DNA from: Roseibacillus sp. | Lineage (GTDB): Bacteria > Verrucomicrobiota > Verrucomicrobiia > Verrucomicrobiales > Akkermansiaceae | Direction of reading: 5' to 3' | DNA length: 64,000 bases | Assembly (NCBI GenBank): GCA_965242925.1 | Contig: CBDEUM010000014.1 | Coordinates: forward strand, 352,001-416,000 | Shown here: positions 45,167 through 55,465 of the stretch, one piece after another | Layout: every line of letters starts with the position of its first letter | Position numbering within the stretch: the stretch's first letter is position 1 | Program-made: the position numbers and the translations under genes | The notes under the pieces: generated by a model | What the model was told of the DNA's origin: nothing | Database searches by the model: none | The model's input: only the letters and a program-made list of their open reading frames with translations

Positions 45167-46585
45167 ATGGACCTCGATCCTTGGCTCCCTCATCTCGTCG
45201 CTACCGCGGGCACTGCGATCGGTGCGGCCCTCGCCTGGTTCCTGTGCCGTAGCAAAGCGCACACCGTATGCGCGCGCTACGAGGAACGGGACAGGGCTGC
45301 CCGGAAATCCGTGGCCGACCTGGAAGCCGGTTGTGCCAACCTTGAGGCGGAATTACGCCAACTCCGTCACAGCGAGGCGGTGGCCCTCAAGCGTCAGTCT
45401 GAACTCGAGCTCCTGGCCCAGACACAGCAACGCGGTCTGGTTGAAAAACAACAGCTTCTCAAGGACGCCGAAACCCGGATGGCGCAGAACTTCAAGGCCA
45501 TGTCACTCGAGACCCTTCGCGACACCCAGCGCGAGTTCATCAAGTATGCTCACGACGCTCTCGATTCTCGACAGAAGGAAGCCACCAGTGAACTGGAGCA
45601 CCGCCGCATGGCGGTGGAAACCCTCGTCAAGCCGGTAGCCACCACCCTGAACAAGGTGGAGAGCCGCATCGAAGATCTCGAGCGGGCCCGGCGTGAAACA
45701 GAAACAGCTCTCGGCGAACACGTGCGCAAGATGACCAGCGCCCAGCTCAGTCTCCAGAAGGAAACCGCCCAGCTGGTCAAGGCCCTGCGCCAGCCTTCCG
45801 GACGCGGACGCTGGGGCGAACTCCAACTCCAGCGCGTAGTGGAACTCTCCGGCATGCAGAACTACTGCGACTTCTATACGCCCACCGAAGCGGAGCAGTC
45901 CGGTGCCGACGGCCTGCAACGTCCCAACCTCGTGGTAAATCTGCCGGGCAACCGGATCATTGCGGTGGACGCCCACGCCTCCCTTGAAGCCTATCTTGCC
46001 GCGGTGGAATCCACGGACGAGGAAACGCATCAGCGGGAAATGCGGCGGCATGCCGCCCTGGTCTCCCGACACCTCGACGCCCTCACCACGCCGCGCTACG
46101 CCGCCCAATTTAACGCGAAACCGGAATTCACCGTCCTCTTCCTGCCCGGCGAGGGCTTCCTCACCGCCGCCCTTGGCGAAGAACCGGATCTCCTCGAACG
46201 TGGAATCGAGCGGGGTATCATTCTGGCTACTCCCAGCACCCTCATTGCGCTCCTGCGTTCCGCCGCGGTGGGGTGGCGTCAGGAAGGTATCGCCGAAAAG
46301 GCGCGCACTGTCTCCGCGGCCGGACGTGAACTCTACGGCCACGTCAACCATCTGGCCAAGCACATCGTCAAGATCGGCCGGTCACTGGACGGCACCGTAC
46401 GGGACTACAACGCCGCCCTCGGCACGCTCGAGCAGGGGGTTCTTTCCAGCACGCGCAAGCTCAGCAACCTCGGCATTCCGGCCCACCCCTCCAAACTGCC
46501 TGCCGTCTCCCGCGCCAGGGTAACGGAGGAGGTGCTGACCCCGTCGACGGACGAGGAAAGCGAAAGCGTCAACGCCCCGGTGTGA
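45167..46585 (+). CDS. rmuC: DNA recombination protein RmuC family
   Basis: N-terminal TM plus coiled coil; RGRWGELQL and ILATPSTLIALL motifs. Confidence 0.9.
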   Translation: MDLDPWLPHLVATAGTAIGAALAWFLCRSKAHTVCARYEERDRAARKSVADLEAGCANLEAELRQLRHSEAVALKRQSELELLAQTQQRGLVEKQQLLKDAETRMAQNFKAMSLETLRDTQREFIKYAHDALDSRQKEATSELEHRRMAVETLVKPVATTLNKVESRIEDLERARRETETALGEHVRKMTSAQLSLQKETAQLVKALRQPSGRGRWGELQLQRVVELSGMQNYCDFYTPTEAEQSGADGLQRPNLVVNLPGNRIIAVDAHASLEAYLAAVESTDEETHQREMRRHAALVSRHLDALTTPRYAAQFNAKPEFTVLFLPGEGFLTAALGEEPDLLERGIERGIILATPSTLIALLRSAAVGWRQEGIAEKARTVSAAGRELYGHVNHLAKHIVKIGRSLDGTVRDYNAALGTLEQGVLSSTRKLSNLGIPAHPSKLPAVSRARVTEEVLTPSTDEESESVNAPV

Positions 46586-46598
46586 CCGCGCCACGGGG

Positions 46599-47897
46599 CT
46601 ACAGCTCCTTGACGAAGATATTCGCGAACTCAAGCGGATTGCCGTGGTGCTGGAATCCAAGCTTCCCGGTGGGTTTCACCCCGGGGAGCTGCGCTTCGTG
46701 CAGCACCACCTTCCCGTTGAGGACCACGGTGAGGCGGTCACCCTTCACCGTGATGACGTAACGGTTCCACTCCCCCACCTTGTTGTCGGCAGGGACCCGC
46801 GGGGTAAGCGCGGCCCGGATGGGAAGGGGCTGCCTGCTGTCGTTGCGGATCCCGTAAACCTCGCCGGAACCGACCGTCCAATTCCAGAGATTGACTTGGG
46901 TGTGAACTGCCCCGCGTAAAAGTACGCCACTGTCATACTCATCGATTTCGGAGGTCACCCCCTTCTTGTCAGGTCCGGTTTTCTGGAGGCCATTGAGAAG
47001 CAGGACCGGCTGGTTGCGTTTGCCCGAGTGCTCCCCGGTCCAGCGCCAGTCGGTCACCACCGTGAAGTCCTTGTAGTCCTTACTGGTCCAGAGATTGGTC
47101 CCCTTGCCATCGTAGTGCAGGATCCAGCCGTCCTTCACGGTCCAGTGTCCCTTGTTTTGCGGGTCCTCGGCAAAGTTCTTGAGAGATCCCCCCGCCATGA
47201 CCGGCGTGAATCCCTCGCCTGCCAGACGGTCATCAGCCTTCCCGGCCGGCTGGTACCAAGCCTCCGTCTTGTCCTCTTCAAAGGAAATTTCCGCGATCCG
47301 CATCTTGCGCACCCCGATGATTTCCCCGTGACCAGCAAAACAAACGTGTCCCTTGCGCCGCTTCACGCCCTGGTGCTTGGGGTTCTTCCTGCTCAGTTCG
47401 TCAAGATTGGCATCGGTGATGCAGACTCCGTTCAGTTCGACCGTGACACGTGGGCCACGCACCGTCACCCGCTGCCTGTTCCACTCTCCCACCGGGGCGA
47501 GGTGCCCCCGCAACGAGGCCTGCAGTGAGTAGACCGACCCGTGGAACTGCCATTCCTTCAGGTCCTTGTACTTGTCCGCGGTATTGTCAATGATCTGCAG
47601 TTCCATTCCGGTGTAGGCCGGGTTTCCGCTGCCCGGATAGTGGATCCCCAGGCCGTTGTTGGCACCGGGAGTAAGCTGGAATTCCAATTCGAGAATGTAG
47701 TCCGAATACTGCTTCTCGGTGCTCAGGTTCCCGCTCTGCCTGGACGACTCGATGATGCCATCCTTGACGAAGTAGCCGTTCTGTTCGGTCTTTCCAGACG
47801 CTCCGAAGTTAGTGAAGTCCTTTCCGTTGAAAAGCTCCACCCAGTCGGCGGAAGCAGGCAGGGAAAGGGCAAGGAAACAGGTGGCTAGGGCTTTCAT
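46599..47897 (-). CDS. Tandem DUF1080 (3-keto-disaccharide hydrolase family), secreted
   Basis: WVELFNGKD, ELQIID, GEWN...HG twice. Confidence 0.9.
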   Translation of the reverse strand: MKALATCFLALSLPASADWVELFNGKDFTNFGASGKTEQNGYFVKDGIIESSRQSGNLSTEKQYSDYILELEFQLTPGANNGLGIHYPGSGNPAYTGMELQIIDNTADKYKDLKEWQFHGSVYSLQASLRGHLAPVGEWNRQRVTVRGPRVTVELNGVCITDANLDELSRKNPKHQGVKRRKGHVCFAGHGEIIGVRKMRIAEISFEEDKTEAWYQPAGKADDRLAGEGFTPVMAGGSLKNFAEDPQNKGHWTVKDGWILHYDGKGTNLWTSKDYKDFTVVTDWRWTGEHSGKRNQPVLLLNGLQKTGPDKKGVTSEIDEYDSGVLLRGAVHTQVNLWNWTVGSGEVYGIRNDSRQPLPIRAALTPRVPADNKVGEWNRYVITVKGDRLTVVLNGKVVLHEAQLPGVKPTGKLGFQHHGNPLEFANIFVKEL

Positions 47898-47954
47898 GAT
47901 AGTCGTGTGGTTGGGTGTGAATCTTGTAACTTTGAACCTGGAGATTAAAAGCAG

Positions 47955-49031
47955 CTAAAGTTCGACCGTTTTCCCGGTCCGGTAGGATTCGTCGGCGCCC
48001 GCCACGATACGCATGGAATTCAGGGCGTCTTCCATATGCTCGCTGAGATCAAGGTCTTCCCTGATGGCCTTCAGGAAGTATTCCTGCTCGCGGAAACAGA
48101 GCTCGTCGTGATCCGGCTCGTCGGTCATGTCGATCCACTCGTCCTCTTTCGTGAACTCCCTGTTTCCGTCCACTTCACTGTGGTGAATGCGCAGCGACTC
48201 GGTCTTACTGTGGGCGTCCACATCCGCGGAAGACCCCTTGCCGCCGGCTTCCTTCGCTTCAATGGTAACGCACCCATTCGGGCCCACCACGTCCTTCACG
48301 AAGAAAGCCATCTCACTCATCATGGGGCCCCATCCCGCCTCGTACCACCCCACGCTTCCGTCCTCAAAGGCAACCTGCAGGTGTCCGTAGTTGATCTTGT
48401 CCTCGGGAATATCGTTGGTCAGGCGCGCGCCCAGTCCGGAAACTCGCACCGGCTTCGAACGCGTCATCTGGCACATCACGTCCACGTAGTGCACCCCACA
48501 GTCGACGATCGGGGAGATCGAGGAAATCAGATTGCGGTGCGTCTCCCAGGCCGACCCCGAACTCTGCTGGTTCAGATTCATGCGCATGACCAACGGCTTT
48601 CCCAGGGTCCGGGCGATCTCGATGAACCGGATCCAGCTCGGATGGACCCGGAGGATGTAGCCGATCACCAGCTTCTTCCCGCTTTCCTTCGCTCTCGCCA
48701 CGATGCTTTCCGCATCTGCCACCGTCTCCGCCAGCGGCTTCTCAATGAAGACATGCGCGCCGGCCTCGAAAGCGGCCTCGGCATAGGGCCCGTGGGTATC
48801 AGGATAAGTCGAGATGCTCACCGCGTCCGGCCTGGTCTCCGCCAGAGCCTCGTGGAAGTCGCCAAATTCCGCATAGCCGCCACCCAGTTCCTCGTTGAGC
48901 TTCCCACGCGATTCAGGCGAGCGGGTCACAATTCCCACGATCTCGAACGCGTCGAGCTTGTGGTAGGCCCGGGCATGCGAGCTTCCCATGTTACCGGCGC
49001 CGACACAGAGAATACGGATCTTGTCACTCAT
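47955..49031 (-). CDS. Gfo/Idh/MocA oxidoreductase (no signal peptide)
   Basis: VGAGNMG, FIEKPLA and DCGVHYVD motifs. Confidence 0.92.
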   Translation of the reverse strand: MSDKIRILCVGAGNMGSSHARAYHKLDAFEIVGIVTRSPESRGKLNEELGGGYAEFGDFHEALAETRPDAVSISTYPDTHGPYAEAAFEAGAHVFIEKPLAETVADAESIVARAKESGKKLVIGYILRVHPSWIRFIEIARTLGKPLVMRMNLNQQSSGSAWETHRNLISSISPIVDCGVHYVDVMCQMTRSKPVRVSGLGARLTNDIPEDKINYGHLQVAFEDGSVGWYEAGWGPMMSEMAFFVKDVVGPNGCVTIEAKEAGGKGSSADVDAHSKTESLRIHHSEVDGNREFTKEDEWIDMTDEPDHDELCFREQEYFLKAIREDLDLSEHMEDALNSMRIVAGADESYRTGKTVEL

Positions 49032-49114
49032 TGGGTTGCAGGGACGGTGGCATGACCATCCCGGTCATGTCCAGATGCGACCGGGAGGCCGCACCAATTC
49101 TGCCAGCAGCTTCC

Positions 49115-50401
49115 TTACACCTTCCAGGGACCGCGCATCCCCTGGTGCACGTACTTGTCGGCCTCCGGTTCATCGATCTTGAAGGTCTTGGGATCGTAGC
49201 GAAAACTCTTGTTGGAACGGTGGGCGATCGTTCCCAGGTTCACGATGGAGGCGGAACGGAAGGCCTTGGTTTCGTTCAGCGCGAAGGTCTTGCGCTCCCG
49301 CACCGCCTGGTGGAAATCGGTGATCTGCGGCTCGGGGTCCTTGAGCGACTTGAGCTTCTCGTTGAACCCTTTGACGTCGGACTTGAATCCGCGCGAGATG
49401 CTGCCGGCCGATCCCTGGATGTAGGGCGTGTCCTTCTCGCGGTTGTCGCCGTCGAGGATGAGCTTGGTCCCGTCGGCATACTTGTACTCGATGCGCCGCC
49501 AGCGGCCCACCGCATCGTGGTGCTGCTTGTCGGCATCGATAAAGACTTCCACCGGACTCTCCTCGTCCTTGCCCAGGATATACTGAACCGGATCGAGATA
49601 GTGCTGGCCCATGTCACCCAGGCCGCCGCCATCGTAGTCCCAGTAGCCGCGGAAGGATCCGTGGGTGCGATGCCGGGTGTACGGTTTTACCGGAGCCGGT
49701 CCGAGCCAGAAATTGTAGTCGAAGTGCGCCGGGATCTTTTCCTCGGGCTGGTCGATCCTGCCCGACCATCCGAACTTCCAGTTGAAGCCCTGGTTGCCGC
49801 CCACCGTCACAGTGAGCGGTCCGTCGCCCAGTAACCCGTGCATGACCGCCTTGCGAATGGGCGCGACCGGAATGCCCATTCCGTAGAAGCCGTCCTTGAA
49901 GCGGAACCAGGTGTTGATGCGGAAGATGGTCTTGTGCTCGCGCATGGCCTTCACCATCGCGATGCCCTCACCGATGGTCCGGCTCATGGGCTTTTCACAC
50001 CAGACGTCCTTGCCCTGCTTGGCAGCCTCGATGGCTTGCAGGGCGTGCCAGTGGGGCGGCGTGCAGATGTGGACCACATCAATGTCATCGCGCGCGCATA
50101 ATTCGCGGAAATCGTGATAACCCTTGGGATCGTGCCCGCGCTTCTTGGCGTCCGCGGTGCGCCCGGCGAGACGCTGCTTGTCGACATCGCAGAGCGCCAG
50201 GAGCGGTCCCTTCTGTCCAACGTGGGCGCCCGATCCCGAGATCCCTCCGCAACCGATGATTCCACGCGTGATCTGCTCGCTGGGAGGACGCTTTCCCCTG
50301 GCCCCGATGACGTGGCTGGGAACGATCTGGATCGTGGCGAGGGCCGCCAGTCCCTTGAGAGTCTTGCGGCGGGTAAACACTGGTTGCGATTGTTTGTTCA
50401 T
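49115..50401 (-). CDS. Gfo/Idh/MocA oxidoreductase, Tat-exported
   Basis: FTRRKTLK twin-arginine leader; TPPHWH, CEKP, WLGPAP and DMGQHYLD motifs. Confidence 0.92.
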   Translation of the reverse strand: MNKQSQPVFTRRKTLKGLAALATIQIVPSHVIGARGKRPPSEQITRGIIGCGGISGSGAHVGQKGPLLALCDVDKQRLAGRTADAKKRGHDPKGYHDFRELCARDDIDVVHICTPPHWHALQAIEAAKQGKDVWCEKPMSRTIGEGIAMVKAMREHKTIFRINTWFRFKDGFYGMGIPVAPIRKAVMHGLLGDGPLTVTVGGNQGFNWKFGWSGRIDQPEEKIPAHFDYNFWLGPAPVKPYTRHRTHGSFRGYWDYDGGGLGDMGQHYLDPVQYILGKDEESPVEVFIDADKQHHDAVGRWRRIEYKYADGTKLILDGDNREKDTPYIQGSAGSISRGFKSDVKGFNEKLKSLKDPEPQITDFHQAVRERKTFALNETKAFRSASIVNLGTIAHRSNKSFRYDPKTFKIDEPEADKYVHQGMRGPWKV

Positions 50402-50452
50402 CTTGAGTGATTTCTACGTTTTATGATTGAATGCTCTTCCATGGGATCCGGT

Positions 50453-51856
50453 CTACTCCCCAGCCTCGTCGTCCTCAGTCACCTTGACCTTGTCCCAGAA
50501 AGCGAGAAAGAAAATCACCGCAACGACGGCTGCCATGATGGCCGGGAACATCCAGAACGACTTCCACTGCGCCATGGTGCCGGAAAGCAGAGTTGCATCG
50601 ACGCCCTCCGGCATCTTCACTGAGAACATCTGCCCCAGTTGCTCAAGGAAACCCGGATCAGCATTTCCCCGCGCTGTCGAGATGGCTCCGTCGAGTTCCC
50701 CAAATTTCGTCACTCCATCCCCAAGTCCGCTAAAGTCCGTGTCGACCCAGAATAGTTTCGCCGGTCCTCCCTGGTAGAAGATTCCGAAGGTGATTGCGTA
50801 GCCGATATACATCCCGATTCCCTGCGTGAAGAAGACCAGCATGCTTTGCGCCTGGCTCCGGATCTTCTTGGGCGCCACCCGGTCCGTATACATGAATCCA
50901 GTTACGAAGAAGAAGTCGTAGCAGATTCCGTGAATCGCCACTCCCAGGAAGATCATCCACACCACTTGCTCGGGCGCCCCGAACGCAAAGAGAAGATAGC
51001 GCGCCACCCACGCCAGCATCCCGACCAGGATCATCCATTTTACGCCCAGTTTCCGGAAGAAGAAGGGGATGAGGAGCATGAAGAAGATCTCCAGCATCTG
51101 GCCGATCGTCATGGTGGAGGCAGGCTGGACAAAACCCGTATTGCCAAGGTAGTTGCTCATCGTCCCAAAATAGTAGGCCGCCGGAATGCAGATCAGCATC
51201 GAGCAAATCATGAAAACTGCGAAGGCGGGACGCTTGAAGAGCCCGAAGGCATCGACCATCAGGAGGGCGCGGAGATTGACCGGTTCGCCCTTGGCAGGAG
51301 CGGGAGTATGCGGGAGAAAGAAGGAATAAACCCCCAGCACCAGGGAGGCGGCACCAGCCAGATAGAACATGTCAAATTTCGCCGACCACCCGAAGATTCC
51401 CACCGCAAGTCCTGCCGCGATCCATCCGATCGTTCCCCAGACCCGCACCTTCGGAAAGGCCATCCGATCGAGATTGGCGAAGGCGATCGAGTTTCCAAGA
51501 CCAAGGGTCGGCATGTAGCAAACCATGTTCCCGATCATGATCCACACCATCAGTTTGCCCTTCTCCTCCCCTCCTTCAGCAACGCCGGGAATGAGCAGGA
51601 GAAGAACGCCTCCTATTAAGAAGAGGACGCCCATCACCTTTTGGGATGGGAAGAATCGGTCCGCAATCAGGCCCAGGAAGAGAGGCGCGATCATGGCGCC
51701 CAAGGGGGCCGACCCATAGGCTCCGCCAGCAAATCCAAGCAGGCCATTACTGCCCAAGCACAGCCCCAAGGTCGCGAACCAAGCCCCCCAGGTGAAGAAC
51801 TGGAGGAACATCATGATCGAGATCTTGTACGTGTTGGTGGAGCGGAGATCGGACAT
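50453..51856 (-). CDS. MFS transporter, NupG/nucleoside:H+ symporter-like
   Basis: MFLQFFTWGAW, RVWGTIGW and HGICYDFFFVTG motifs. Confidence 0.92.
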   Translation of the reverse strand: MSDLRSTNTYKISIMMFLQFFTWGAWFATLGLCLGSNGLLGFAGGAYGSAPLGAMIAPLFLGLIADRFFPSQKVMGVLFLIGGVLLLLIPGVAEGGEEKGKLMVWIMIGNMVCYMPTLGLGNSIAFANLDRMAFPKVRVWGTIGWIAAGLAVGIFGWSAKFDMFYLAGAASLVLGVYSFFLPHTPAPAKGEPVNLRALLMVDAFGLFKRPAFAVFMICSMLICIPAAYYFGTMSNYLGNTGFVQPASTMTIGQMLEIFFMLLIPFFFRKLGVKWMILVGMLAWVARYLLFAFGAPEQVVWMIFLGVAIHGICYDFFFVTGFMYTDRVAPKKIRSQAQSMLVFFTQGIGMYIGYAITFGIFYQGGPAKLFWVDTDFSGLGDGVTKFGELDGAISTARGNADPGFLEQLGQMFSVKMPEGVDATLLSGTMAQWKSFWMFPAIMAAVVAVIFFLAFWDKVKVTEDDEAGE

Positions 51857-52180
51857 TATAGGTTCGGTCGTGTTGTGAGCATCGCATTTGAGGGATTCGC
51901 TCTCCCCCCGGCAAGGCCGGAATCAGCGCGCCGTGGGCCCGTAGCACGTAGACGGAACTCCTCTCTTAACCCGTCTGGACTGAATAATGAACGCCCCTTC
52001 CCAACCTTCGCTCGGCAGGATTACCCGGAAATGCGCCCAAATTAGAGCCCCTCCACCCATCCTGCCCTTGAAAATCTGAAGTCCCCGCTTCGGATCGCTC
52101 CTCTTCCGGAGGTGGTCTAATATCTTGAAAGGAAAGACCGAAACCTTACCGTAACCGCCCATACGAACCGTGACCACCCC

Positions 52181-53497
52181 ATGAGCGACTCCACCAACTC
52201 CACCCGCCGCAACTTCGTAAAGACCACCACCGCCGCCACGACTGCCTCCGCCGTCGTTGGCTTCCCGCACATCGGCCGCGCCGAGATCGGCAGCAGCAAC
52301 ACCATCAAGGTGGGCCTGATCGGATGCGGCGGACGCGGAACGGGGGCCGCCACCCAGGCCCTGAAATCCGACGACAAGGTGAAACTCTGGGCCATGGCCG
52401 ACGCCTTCCCCGAGAAACTCGAGGGCCCGCTCAAGACCCTGGGAGCCGCCTTCGGCAAGGAGCGCGTGGAGGTCGCCAAGAACCGCCAGTTCACCGGTGT
52501 CAATGCCTTTGAGGAACTCGCCGCCTCCGACGTGGACGTGGTCCTCATGGCCACCCCCCCGGGATATCGTCCCATGATGCTGCGCAAGTGCATCGAGGCC
52601 GGCAAGCACGTCTTCGCCGAGAAGCCCATGGCCATCGACATGGCAGGGATTCATCACCTGATGGAGACCGCCAAGATCGCGGACGAGAAGAAGCTGGCCA
52701 TCCAGCACGGCTACTGCTGGCGCTACAGCCCGGCCAACCGGGTTGGCTTCGCCAAGGCCCACGGCGGTGAGATGGGCCGCATCACCAGCTTCGTGGGCAC
52801 CTACCTGGGCGGCACGGTACGCGCCCTCGCCCCCGACGCCACGAAGCCCGAGGGTATCAGCGATGTCGAGTGGCAACTGCGCCACTGGATCAACTTCGAG
52901 TGGCTCTCCGGCGGCCCGCTGATGGAGCAGTGCATCCACGCCGTCGACAAGATGGCCTGGGCCATGGGCGATGCCGCCCCGGTGGCCGCCTTCGGCAATG
53001 GCGGTCGGGGACAGCGCCGCGATGCCGGTAACGTCTACGACAACTACTCGATCACCTACGAGTATCCCGGCAACACTTTCTGCCAGATCCAGCAGCGACA
53101 GTACAACAACTCCTTCAACGAGAACGTGAGCCGCATCATCTGCGAAGACGGCACGGTGATTGGTCCCTGGAGAGTTTCCACCAAGGACTCCAAGGGGAAG
53201 ACCAACTGGAAATACCGGGCCGAGAAGGGCGTGGAGCAGAACATGTATCAGACCTGCCACAACGAATTCTTCGCCAACCTGCGGGCCGGCAAGATTATCA
53301 ATTCCTGCGAATTCATGGCCAGGTCCACCGCCCTCGGCATCCTCGGCCGCGAGGCCGCCCACACCGGCCAGCGAATCACCTGGGACGAGCTCTGGGCCAC
53401 CAGCGAGGACCAGGCTCCGGACAACCCGCCCCTGGACGGCAAGATGCCCATCCCGGCTCCCCCGGTCCCCGGGATTGACAAACTGGTGAAAGCCTAG
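52181..53497 (+). CDS. Gfo/Idh/MocA oxidoreductase, Tat-exported
   Basis: TRRNFVK leader; IGCGGRGTGAA, ATPPGYRP, EKPMAID and WLSGG..MEQCIH motifs. Confidence 0.93.
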   Translation: MSDSTNSTRRNFVKTTTAATTASAVVGFPHIGRAEIGSSNTIKVGLIGCGGRGTGAATQALKSDDKVKLWAMADAFPEKLEGPLKTLGAAFGKERVEVAKNRQFTGVNAFEELAASDVDVVLMATPPGYRPMMLRKCIEAGKHVFAEKPMAIDMAGIHHLMETAKIADEKKLAIQHGYCWRYSPANRVGFAKAHGGEMGRITSFVGTYLGGTVRALAPDATKPEGISDVEWQLRHWINFEWLSGGPLMEQCIHAVDKMAWAMGDAAPVAAFGNGGRGQRRDAGNVYDNYSITYEYPGNTFCQIQQRQYNNSFNENVSRIICEDGTVIGPWRVSTKDSKGKTNWKYRAEKGVEQNMYQTCHNEFFANLRAGKIINSCEFMARSTALGILGREAAHTGQRITWDELWATSEDQAPDNPPLDGKMPIPAPPVPGIDKLVKA

Positions 53498-53597
53498 CGG
53501 CTTTCCGGGAAAGACGGTATAGTGGGTAATGGAGTGGGGCGACAATCGCCCCACCCCCCTTGCCAAGAGATCCCTGCTTCCCCCTTCACAGATCCCC

Positions 53598-54857
53598 ATG
53601 AAACGACTCCACCAGATCCTCATGAGCGGCGTGGCCCCTTTTCTGGGAGCCCTCCCGTCCCTTGCCGAAGAACCCGCCGCTGAACAGCACCCGGTGGTCA
53701 AGGCCCCGGCCGAGTTCACCAGCTCCACCCCCACGCCCTCCCAGTGGAACCTGCCCTCCATGGACCGGATGTTCGTGAGCAAGAAGGTCCACGAGGTGGT
53801 CACCAAGAAGGGCGGACCCTCGGCGCTGGAAGCCATGAAGGACTATGAGGAGGTCGCTCCCCGGGCTGACAAGGCCAAGTACAAGATGATCGCCCTCAAA
53901 GGAGGGGAGTTCGTGATGGGCTCACCCGAGGGCGAGCACAAACTGCGCACCGAGGACGAAGGCCCGCAGAAGAAGATCAGGATCGAACCCTTCTGGATTG
54001 GACAGACGGAGATCCCCTGGGCCCTTTACAAACCGTTCTACGAAAACGGGGTCGCCCGCAACAAGGACGGCAGCCTCCTCGCAGAAGGCGCGAAGCAAAA
54101 TATCACGGTGAAAGGCAAACAACGCAAGAAGGCCATCCAGGACGCCCTCTTACGCGGGAACCGCAACAATGTCGTGGACGTGGTCTCCCAGCCCACTCCG
54201 CAGTATCACGACATGTTCGGCAGCGGCGAACACGCCTCGGACCTGAACTACCCCGCGATGTGCACCACCCAGCATGCGGCCTCCAAGTTCTGCCAGTGGC
54301 TCACCGCCCAGACCGGTCACTTTTACCGCCTCCCTACCGAAGCTGAGTGGGAGTATGCCTGCCGCGCCGGTTCCTCCACCGCCTTCTGTTTCGGCAACGA
54401 CATCGAGAAGCTCGATGACTACGCCTGGCACGGTTACAACTCCGAATACACCTACCACCCGGTGGCCACCAAGAAGCCCAACCCGTGGGGCCTCCACGAC
54501 ATGCACGGCAATGTCGCGGAGTGGGTCCTCGATGGCTTCAATGCCAGTTACCGGAAGAGCATCGTGGACGGCACGGTCAACCCTTGGAACATCGCCATCA
54601 CCCGCTACCCGCGTATCGTAAAGGGTGGCTCCTGGGACCAGGACCAGGACGAGTGCCGCAGCGGCGCCCGCCTGCATTCCGTCAACGACTGGAAGGATAC
54701 CGATCCGCAGGTGCCGAAGAGCATCTGGTACCATACCGATGGCCAGCACATCGGGTTCCGCATCGTGCGGCCGCTCAAGACCCCCGCCGCAGAGGAGATG
54801 CACCTCTACTGGAACACCGACTGGTTTGAACCCACCAGGAACGCAGAGGATCTCTAG
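53598..54857 (+). CDS. FGE/SUMF1-fold protein, secreted, lacking the FGE catalytic Cys pair
   Basis: FVMGSP, RLPTEAEWEYACRAG, PNPWGLHDMHGNVAEW and GFRIV motifs. Confidence 0.9.
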   Translation: MKRLHQILMSGVAPFLGALPSLAEEPAAEQHPVVKAPAEFTSSTPTPSQWNLPSMDRMFVSKKVHEVVTKKGGPSALEAMKDYEEVAPRADKAKYKMIALKGGEFVMGSPEGEHKLRTEDEGPQKKIRIEPFWIGQTEIPWALYKPFYENGVARNKDGSLLAEGAKQNITVKGKQRKKAIQDALLRGNRNNVVDVVSQPTPQYHDMFGSGEHASDLNYPAMCTTQHAASKFCQWLTAQTGHFYRLPTEAEWEYACRAGSSTAFCFGNDIEKLDDYAWHGYNSEYTYHPVATKKPNPWGLHDMHGNVAEWVLDGFNASYRKSIVDGTVNPWNIAITRYPRIVKGGSWDQDQDECRSGARLHSVNDWKDTDPQVPKSIWYHTDGQHIGFRIVRPLKTPAAEEMHLYWNTDWFEPTRNAEDL

Positions 54858-54889
54858 GGCTTTCCCTGTCGCAGGGAGAACAGATCAAC

Positions 54890-54914
54890 GGCGCAGCCCG
54901 GGCGGCGCCTTTTT
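54890..54914 (+). terminator. Rho-independent terminator
   Basis: GGCGCAGCC-CG-GGCGGCGCC followed by TTTTT. Confidence 0.6.
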
Positions 54915-54946
54915 CGTGCCCCTCGTTTGGGACGTGAAACCGGAAC

Positions 54947-55465
54947 CTACTTCAAGCCGTCCAGGGCCTTCAACAGGTCCTCGCCCTGCCCGCCGGTAGA
55001 CGCTTTCTCGTCCTTCCAGACCAGCTTGCCATCCTTGAAGAGGTAAGCCTGGCGGGAGGCAAATTTCCCCCGGTGAGGCACTCCAAAGGCCTTAACCACC
55101 GTGCCGTCAACGTCAGCCAGGAGATCAAAGGGCAGCTTCTGACTCTCCGCGAAAGTCTTCTGGGCAGCCACCTTGTCGAAGGACACCCCATAGATCTTCA
55201 CTCCCTTTTTCTGCAGTTTCTCGTTTGCGTCCCGCAAACTACACACCTGCTTCGTTCATCCCCCGGTAGAGGCCTTGGGATAGAAGAAGAAAAAGGCCAG
55301 TCCCTCGGCGGCCACCTCGTGAATCCTGATCACCTCCCCCTTGTGATTCGTGACCTCCGCCCGGGGAAGGGCTTTGCCAAGTTCAAGGGTTTCCCCCATC
55401 GTAGAGTCCGCGAGGGCGAAAATCGAACCAACCCCCGCCAGCAGTGCCGTAATCTTGCGCTTCAT
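54947..55465 (-). CDS. Peroxiredoxin (BCP/PrxQ-like), probable selenoprotein with in-frame UGA at 55256-55258
   Basis: Track ORFs 55256-55744 and 54947-55246 are in one frame: FFYPKASTGG*TKQVCSLRD...GVSFD...FDLLAD. The stop replaces the peroxidatic Cys. Confidence 0.85.
55223..55239 (-). promoter_or_regulatory. Bacterial SECIS-like hairpin
   Basis: GUUUGCG-GGA-CGCAAAC: a 7-bp stem whose G-first loop begins 23 nt after the UGA. Confidence 0.7.

Noticed and set aside
51923..53836. 637-aa minus-strand ORF and similar long antisense ORFs across the window
   Set aside because: Antisense to well-supported genes; expected in high-GC DNA; no recognisable motifs.
53598..54857. Call as an active sulfatase-maturation enzyme
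   Set aside because: Lacks the catalytic Cys pair after the RGGS-like motif; kept as FGE-fold only.
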